A stretch of DNA of 64,000 bases from Hyphococcus sp. (GTDB lineage: Bacteria > Pseudomonadota > Alphaproteobacteria > Caulobacterales > Parvularculaceae): the NCBI GenBank assembly GCA_021776455.1, contig JAJFFX010000038.1, forward strand, positions 1,060 to 65,059, written 5' to 3'. Positions 59,121 through 64,000 of the stretch are shown piece after piece. A program made the translations under genes and the position numbers. Under the pieces are notes generated by a model. That model did no database searches, was not told the DNA's origin, and saw only the letters and a program-made list of their open reading frames with translations. Positions within the stretch are counted from its first letter, which is position 1; each line of letters opens with the position of its first letter.

Positions 59121-60503
59121 TTACTGATCGGCTGGCAAACCAAGACACTTGAAGACTTCAGTCATTGCCTCAGCCATGTCTCCGATCTCGGCTGGATTAC
59201 CATCTTGTATCTTCTTGAGGTACTGAGCCACAGAAAAAGCTTTATCACTCACGGGTAGTTTCTTATCTACCCCCGTGTTCTTCGCACCCAGGTTTTTCTT
59301 GAGTGCAGTGATTGCTTTTGATGTCCCAAGAATAGTCTTACCTTCATACTCCCATGAGGTAAGGTTCGAACCATGGGCTGTAGCAACGTCCGGAGATAGA
59401 CATACACCGGGAGAGTTGCTTGAGTCACAAACAAGATCACCGTCGCACCAAACCCTATTCTCAGGGTCGCATCTAGTTCCATTATTTTTGAGTGCACATA
59501 GGTATTCAATCTTTCCGGCCTTCGTAACTGGCACACCCTTGGTAACCCCAGCTTCTGTCAGTATGGCTTTGAGTTGAGTTGGACTCATCTTCTTGAGATC
59601 ATCTTCTGATCCACCTTGACACGATCTAGGCTCGTATTCGTTTTCACTATCTTCTTCGACCTCCACCTTCTTCTGTGTCTTAACAATTGGTTCATCATCA
59701 TCATCATCTTCATCATCTTCAACCTCGACTGCGACCTTAACAATTGGTTCATCATCATCATCGTCTGATCGACCACCCATAATCCCAGCAATCACATCGT
59801 CCTTCTTTGCCTTCGCCGCGATGGGGATACCCTGAGAAGCTGCAATCTTCTTGAGGACTGGGACAGTAAGTTTTTTGAACCCAGACAGAGTTGTAGGAAG
59901 GGGATCTGGAATCCCGGAAGAGGACTTGACAGGGCTGCTCGAGCGACTCCGTGATGGACTAACCTTTCCCTTCTTCTGATATTTCATAATCTCTTTGATA
60001 AGGTCATCTTTTGCATCTTTCTTGTAAGATTTTGGTTTTGGTACACCCAGTCCCACAGCGATCTTCTGAAGAGCAGTCATCGTTGAAACTTCTCTTAATC
60101 CTTTTGTCGTGTACTTCCCAGACGGAGATCCACTCTTACTAGGACTGGGAGATTTCTTTGCGGACCGACGAACGCTCTTTTTACTGCTCCTACGCCGAGA
60201 GGACTTCTTACGTGAGCTTCTCTTCTTGCTCCTACGCCGAGAGGGCTTCTTACGTGAGCTCCTCTTCTTGCTCCTACGCCGAGAGGACTTCTTGCGAGAG
60301 CTCCTCTTACGACGAGAGCGCTTCTTCGAAGAGTTACGGCGCGATGATCCGCATGCCTTCAGTATTTTAGAGACAGCTTTGGCAAGCTCTCCCTTGTCTT
60401 CCTTTTTATAAGAACCGATGTCCGATAGTCCAGCACTCTTGGCAACTTTCTTGAGTTCTGAGATGCTCATACCTTTGAGTTCTTTGAGCGTATGTCCTGC
60501 CAT
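59121..60503 (-). CDS. Putative DNA-binding protein: repeated Rho-N/SAP-like helical modules, RS-rich and acidic tracts
   Basis: Repeated LK(K)IA...G...K.DL modules, SRRRSKKRSS tract, acidic block, Cys-rich C-terminus. Confidence 0.7.
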   Translation of the reverse strand: MAGHTLKELKGMSISELKKVAKSAGLSDIGSYKKEDKGELAKAVSKILKACGSSRRNSSKKRSRRKRSSRKKSSRRRSKKRSSRKKPSRRRSKKRSSRKKSSRRRSSKKSVRRSAKKSPSPSKSGSPSGKYTTKGLREVSTMTALQKIAVGLGVPKPKSYKKDAKDDLIKEIMKYQKKGKVSPSRSRSSSPVKSSSGIPDPLPTTLSGFKKLTVPVLKKIAASQGIPIAAKAKKDDVIAGIMGGRSDDDDDEPIVKVAVEVEDDEDDDDDEPIVKTQKKVEVEEDSENEYEPRSCQGGSEDDLKKMSPTQLKAILTEAGVTKGVPVTKAGKIEYLCALKNNGTRCDPENRVWCDGDLVCDSSNSPGVCLSPDVATAHGSNLTSWEYEGKTILGTSKAITALKKNLGAKNTGVDKKLPVSDKAFSVAQYLKKIQDGNPAEIGDMAEAMTEVFKCLGLPADQ

Positions 60504-60568
60504 TTATCGAGGTATGAGATTTTTTTAGTTCGTTTTATCTACCTAATGAGACAAAACGGTTTTTTCTA

Positions 60569-61903
60569 TTATGAGCTATTAGCATCCAAGTCTGGAACTT
60601 CTTCTAGCGTGGTCCTCGGTCCGCGCATAGTCCGTTTCCGTCCATGAGGTGCTTCTTCTGTAGGATTGGTATTCATACTGTTCATCATACCAAGTAAGTT
60701 TGCACCTGTCTTCTTCATGAACATGCGTGATAGAACGAAGAAGGCTGCGTTGATGATGATCAGGAACAGCAGTCGGAGCTCAACGGGCCACTTGGATCCG
60801 GCAGGCACATAAGACTTCTCTCCAAGTTCAATGAGGAGGCATTCATACGAACTCATCGAGAGCAGCTGCTGTTGTGTAAACCCCTCCATGTCGAACCCGA
60901 GGAGGCTTCCGAACACGTACTCACAGGCCATGAATCCAAGACCTAGATACGTCTTATACGTCTTGACAGACTCATCCAATGAGAGCATTCGGAGCGTACC
61001 TTCATAGCTTTTCTTCATTGTCCTATAGTCAGAGTGGACGCTGAACTCTGGGATGACAGCACTTTTGTACTTCTTTTTCATGAGATCAAAACTAAACATG
61101 AGCTCACGTTTGGAATCTTCCTCCTCTTCTGGATTCATCGTGTTTCTGTCGAGTGCTGGTATGTCATGTCTTGGCACATATCCTCCCTTGTCGCGGAGAT
61201 CTGCCAAAGAAGGTGCAGTCCGGCGGTCAACACTATGCCCTCTACGATCTCGGTGTCGGCTATACTTGTCCTCAGACCTGTGATGCTGAGGGGTATACTT
61301 GTCCTCAGACCTAGGAGACCTTTCAGCAACGCTCCCATCACTATCACTGTCCCTGTCTTTCTTGAGGAGGAGGTTTAAGCGAGAGTAGAGATCATCATCG
61401 GACGAGTCTTCTGAGCGTCCTCTACTCCCGTCATCACGATCTCTGTCCCTGCTCCTCTCATCATGATCTCTGTCCCTACCACGATCTTCATCCCTACCAC
61501 GATCTTCATCCCTGCCACGATCTTCGTCCCTGCTACGGTCTTCATCCCTGCTACGGTCTTCATCCCTATCATGGTCTTCGTCCCTATCGTGGTATCGGTT
61601 ATTTCTCTCTTCGGTGTCAGGTTTGTCTCTCAAGAGATTATCGAGCCGATCCTGGAAACTGCCATTGTCCGATTCGGGAGTTTCCTTTCTATAGTCTTTC
61701 GGTCTACGAGGGGGGCCCTCATCTGGAGAGGATGGTAATGGGACATAGTCCTTATTAACCAAATGCTGTTTGATCTTGTTGGTATTCTCGAACAGTTCTA
61801 GGTATAGGCTAGGCATGCTTGGGAATGCAGGGGTCCTGTCTAAGGGTATCTGATCCCGTGTTAGAGGAACCTTGACAACCCTCACATGTTGTTTCTTAGA
61901 CAT
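60569..61903 (-). CDS. Conserved NCLDV protein with RDED repeats
   Basis: PSLYLELFEN, IPEFSVHSD, LLIELGEKSY...WPVELRL; 18-nt RDEDRG repeats. Confidence 0.75.
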   Translation of the reverse strand: MSKKQHVRVVKVPLTRDQIPLDRTPAFPSMPSLYLELFENTNKIKQHLVNKDYVPLPSSPDEGPPRRPKDYRKETPESDNGSFQDRLDNLLRDKPDTEERNNRYHDRDEDHDRDEDRSRDEDRSRDEDRGRDEDRGRDEDRGRDRDHDERSRDRDRDDGSRGRSEDSSDDDLYSRLNLLLKKDRDSDSDGSVAERSPRSEDKYTPQHHRSEDKYSRHRDRRGHSVDRRTAPSLADLRDKGGYVPRHDIPALDRNTMNPEEEEDSKRELMFSFDLMKKKYKSAVIPEFSVHSDYRTMKKSYEGTLRMLSLDESVKTYKTYLGLGFMACEYVFGSLLGFDMEGFTQQQLLSMSSYECLLIELGEKSYVPAGSKWPVELRLLFLIIINAAFFVLSRMFMKKTGANLLGMMNSMNTNPTEEAPHGRKRTMRGPRTTLEEVPDLDANSS

Positions 61904-61945
61904 TTTAACATGCTGCGTCGGCTCGTTTAAATAGCCCTTACAGAG

Positions 61946-61977
61946 AAAAGCTAGTAGCGATCTCGCTACTAGCTTTT
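61946..61977. terminator. Near-perfect palindrome downstream of the basic-protein gene
   Basis: AAAAGCTAGTAGCGA-TC-TCGCTACTAGCTTTT. Confidence 0.65.
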
Positions 61978-62026
61978 GAAAGGAAGAGATGTACGGTCAA
62001 AGTTCTCGGGTGTTGTTGTTCGTACG

Positions 62027-62548
62027 CTAAAGGTAGGCCCGACGGTTTGAACGTCGAATATCCCCCTTGTTTCCTCCATACTTACTATTACGACGTCTGC
62101 GAGAACCAGAGCGTCTACGTCTGCGAGAACCAGAGCGTCTGCGTCTGCGAGAACCAGAGCGTCTACGTCTCCGAGAACCAGAGCGTCTACGTCTCCGAGA
62201 ACCAGAGCGTCTACGTCTCCGAGAACCAGAGCGTCTACGTCTCCGAGAACCAGAGCGTCTACGTCTACGAGAACCAGAACAAGATCGTCGGTTGGCCTTT
62301 GCCATAATGGATGAGTTGCCCATTTGACCTGCACGGTAACGTGCAGCCGACAGTCCACTGCATGACACCTTACAGTTGCCGCGGTATGAACAGACAGGGT
62401 AGCCGAGATTGCTTGGACGGAGGAAACATTTCTTAGCTCCACATCTCGCAGCAAGAGACCGTCGCTCATACATGCTACGAGGAGCCGCAGCTCCCCATCC
62501 ACGAGGACGACGACTACGTTTGAGAGATCTTGATCTACGTCTTACCAT
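62027..62548 (-). CDS. Basic core-like protein with Cys domain and (SGSRRRR)n repeats
   Basis: RCGAKKCFL..YPVC...CKVSCSGL; eight 21-nt tandem repeats; TAAATG start. Confidence 0.8.
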   Translation of the reverse strand: MVRRRSRSLKRSRRPRGWGAAAPRSMYERRSLAARCGAKKCFLRPSNLGYPVCSYRGNCKVSCSGLSAARYRAGQMGNSSIMAKANRRSCSGSRRRRRSGSRRRRRSGSRRRRRSGSRRRRRSGSRRRRRSGSRRRRRSGSRRRRRSGSRRRRNSKYGGNKGDIRRSNRRAYL

Positions 62549-62611
62549 TTATAATCGTCAAGAATAGTTTTTATTGATCTAAACATCTAGAGTCAGAATG
62601 TAAACTCAAAC

Positions 62612-64000
62612 ATGCCAACACGTCGTCCGAATGTAACTAAGCGTACCGAGCCTAAGTCAGTGGTAGACAAGGCAGCCGATGAGGCCCTAGCTCAACAGGT
62701 TGAAGAAGTCAACCAAGCATTTCTTGATGGATCTGAGCTGACAAAAGAGACTATTGATATACTTGTGAAGGCTGACAAGATCCGAGAAACGGATTGTGAC
62801 GTCGAAGCTGGTCTGCGGCTTTATTGTAATACTCGAGGAAACCCCTCAGATGCTGGGCTGGAGCGGGAGTGTCGGGGTGTAGTGTTCGATGGTGACACTC
62901 TTGTTTTGAAGGCGTTTCCGTATCCAATTGAACCCAGTCCAAGTGATGAAGATCGTGAAGCTTTCTGTAGGACTATCACCCCAATATTTTCTGAATGTAC
63001 TTTCTATGACTCCCACGAGGGAGCTCTGGTTCGCATGTTTCATCATGGCGGGAAGTGGTACACATGCACACATCGCAAGCTGGATGCCCACAGAAGCAAG
63101 TGGGCATCGAAACTCTCGTTCGGAGAGTCTTTTCTCGCCGGCCTCAAGTCGGAGATTGAAGTTAACGATGCTCTTCGGCAAGCACTCCCAGAAGGAGACG
63201 ATAACTCGGTTCTCGAGAGGTACCAGACATTGTTAGATCCTGCAAAACAGTACATGTTTCTGATTCGACATAATGCGGACAACAGGATTGTCTGTCAGGC
63301 TCCTGAGAGACCTACCATCTATCATGTTGGAACCTTTGTAGAAGGTGGACTCGTGATGACGGAGGATGTGCATGTTCCATATCCGACGCAACGTACTTTC
63401 AGTTGTGTCGAAGAACTGATGGACGCTGTAGATGGAGTCGATCCTCGTGAACTTCAGGGCATCATTGTCTTTGCGCCTGAGAATGTCCAGTACAAGATTC
63501 AAAACACGTATTACCACGACTACTTCCGAGTTCGTGGGAACCAGCCAAGTGTTCCATTCCAGTACCTATGTCTTCGGACCAAGCGTGACGACCGTAAGCT
63601 TCTCGAGTATCTTTATCCGGAAAAGCTACCTCGGTTCGCAGAGTACGAAAACTCGTTGTACACCATCGCACATAATCTCTTGGAAGTCTACAAGAGTAGG
63701 TTTATCCATGGACAGACAGGACCGTACCTTCCTGCCCAGGAGTATCATATCCTCAGTGGATGTCACGCTTGGCATAAAGAAAACCCGCAGACGAACCGGG
63801 TCTATATCGATAAGGTAGTTGAGGTGATGAATAACCAACCAGCTCCGGCCCTCAACTTTCTCATTAAACAGCTAGAAAAAGAGAGGCGTGAGATTGAGGA
63901 AGCAAAGGGCCAGACACAGACGCAGGATAGATCTGGCACCATATCATCTAACGGGAGTCCGATGCTTAAAGGCCGTAAGGGTCCTAGCAGTGACAAGCAT
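62612..64000 (+). CDS. RNA-ligase-like / iridovirus ICP46-like protein (3' end runs off the window; absent from the ORF track)
   Basis: Manual translation MPTRRPN...ECRGVVFDGDTLVLKAFP...YDSHEGALVRMFHHGGKWYTCTHRKLDAHRSKW. Confidence 0.75.
   Translation, partial: MPTRRPNVTKRTEPKSVVDKAADEALAQQVEEVNQAFLDGSELTKETIDILVKADKIRETDCDVEAGLRLYCNTRGNPSDAGLERECRGVVFDGDTLVLKAFPYPIEPSPSDEDREAFCRTITPIFSECTFYDSHEGALVRMFHHGGKWYTCTHRKLDAHRSKWASKLSFGESFLAGLKSEIEVNDALRQALPEGDDNSVLERYQTLLDPAKQYMFLIRHNADNRIVCQAPERPTIYHVGTFVEGGLVMTEDVHVPYPTQRTFSCVEELMDAVDGVDPRELQGIIVFAPENVQYKIQNTYYHDYFRVRGNQPSVPFQYLCLRTKRDDRKLLEYLYPEKLPRFAEYENSLYTIAHNLLEVYKSRFIHGQTGPYLPAQEYHILSGCHAWHKENPQTNRVYIDKVVEVMNNQPAPALNFLIKQLEKERREIEEAKGQTQTQDRSGTISSNGSPMLKGRKGPSSDKH

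Overview
This window is a gene-dense fragment of a large eukaryotic dsDNA virus (Nucleocytoviricota), most consistent with a deep-branching iridovirus/marseillevirus-like (Pimascovirales) genome. Core markers: iridovirus-type major capsid protein (42208-43614), VLTF3, a stand-alone C-terminal half of RNA polymerase RPB1, XRN exonuclease, a GT90/CAP10-kinase fusion, an ICP46/RNA-ligase-like gene running off the right end and a fibre gene running off the left end. Highlights: (1) a complete nucleosome set encoded as an H2B-H2A-H3 triple fusion with an acidic tail, head-to-head with a tailless H4, alongside several protamine-like, HMG-like and acidic proteins; (2) a head-to-tail array of mosaic 'YKAF-domain + MORN-repeat' genes of stepwise increasing length, each joined by a conserved ~40-bp cassette (stop/AATTGA/palindrome/ATG), with stubs and dispersed or inverted relatives; (3) three reading-frame breaks missed by the ORF track (fibre gene +1; protamine-like gene with a possible -1 shift into an HMG-like domain; Zn-finger gene +1); (4) a bacterial-type aspartate 4-decarboxylase and an EarP-like glycosyltransferase; (5) three candidate promoter classes and many 3' hairpins. 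All assignments come from motif recognition by eye; no searches were run.
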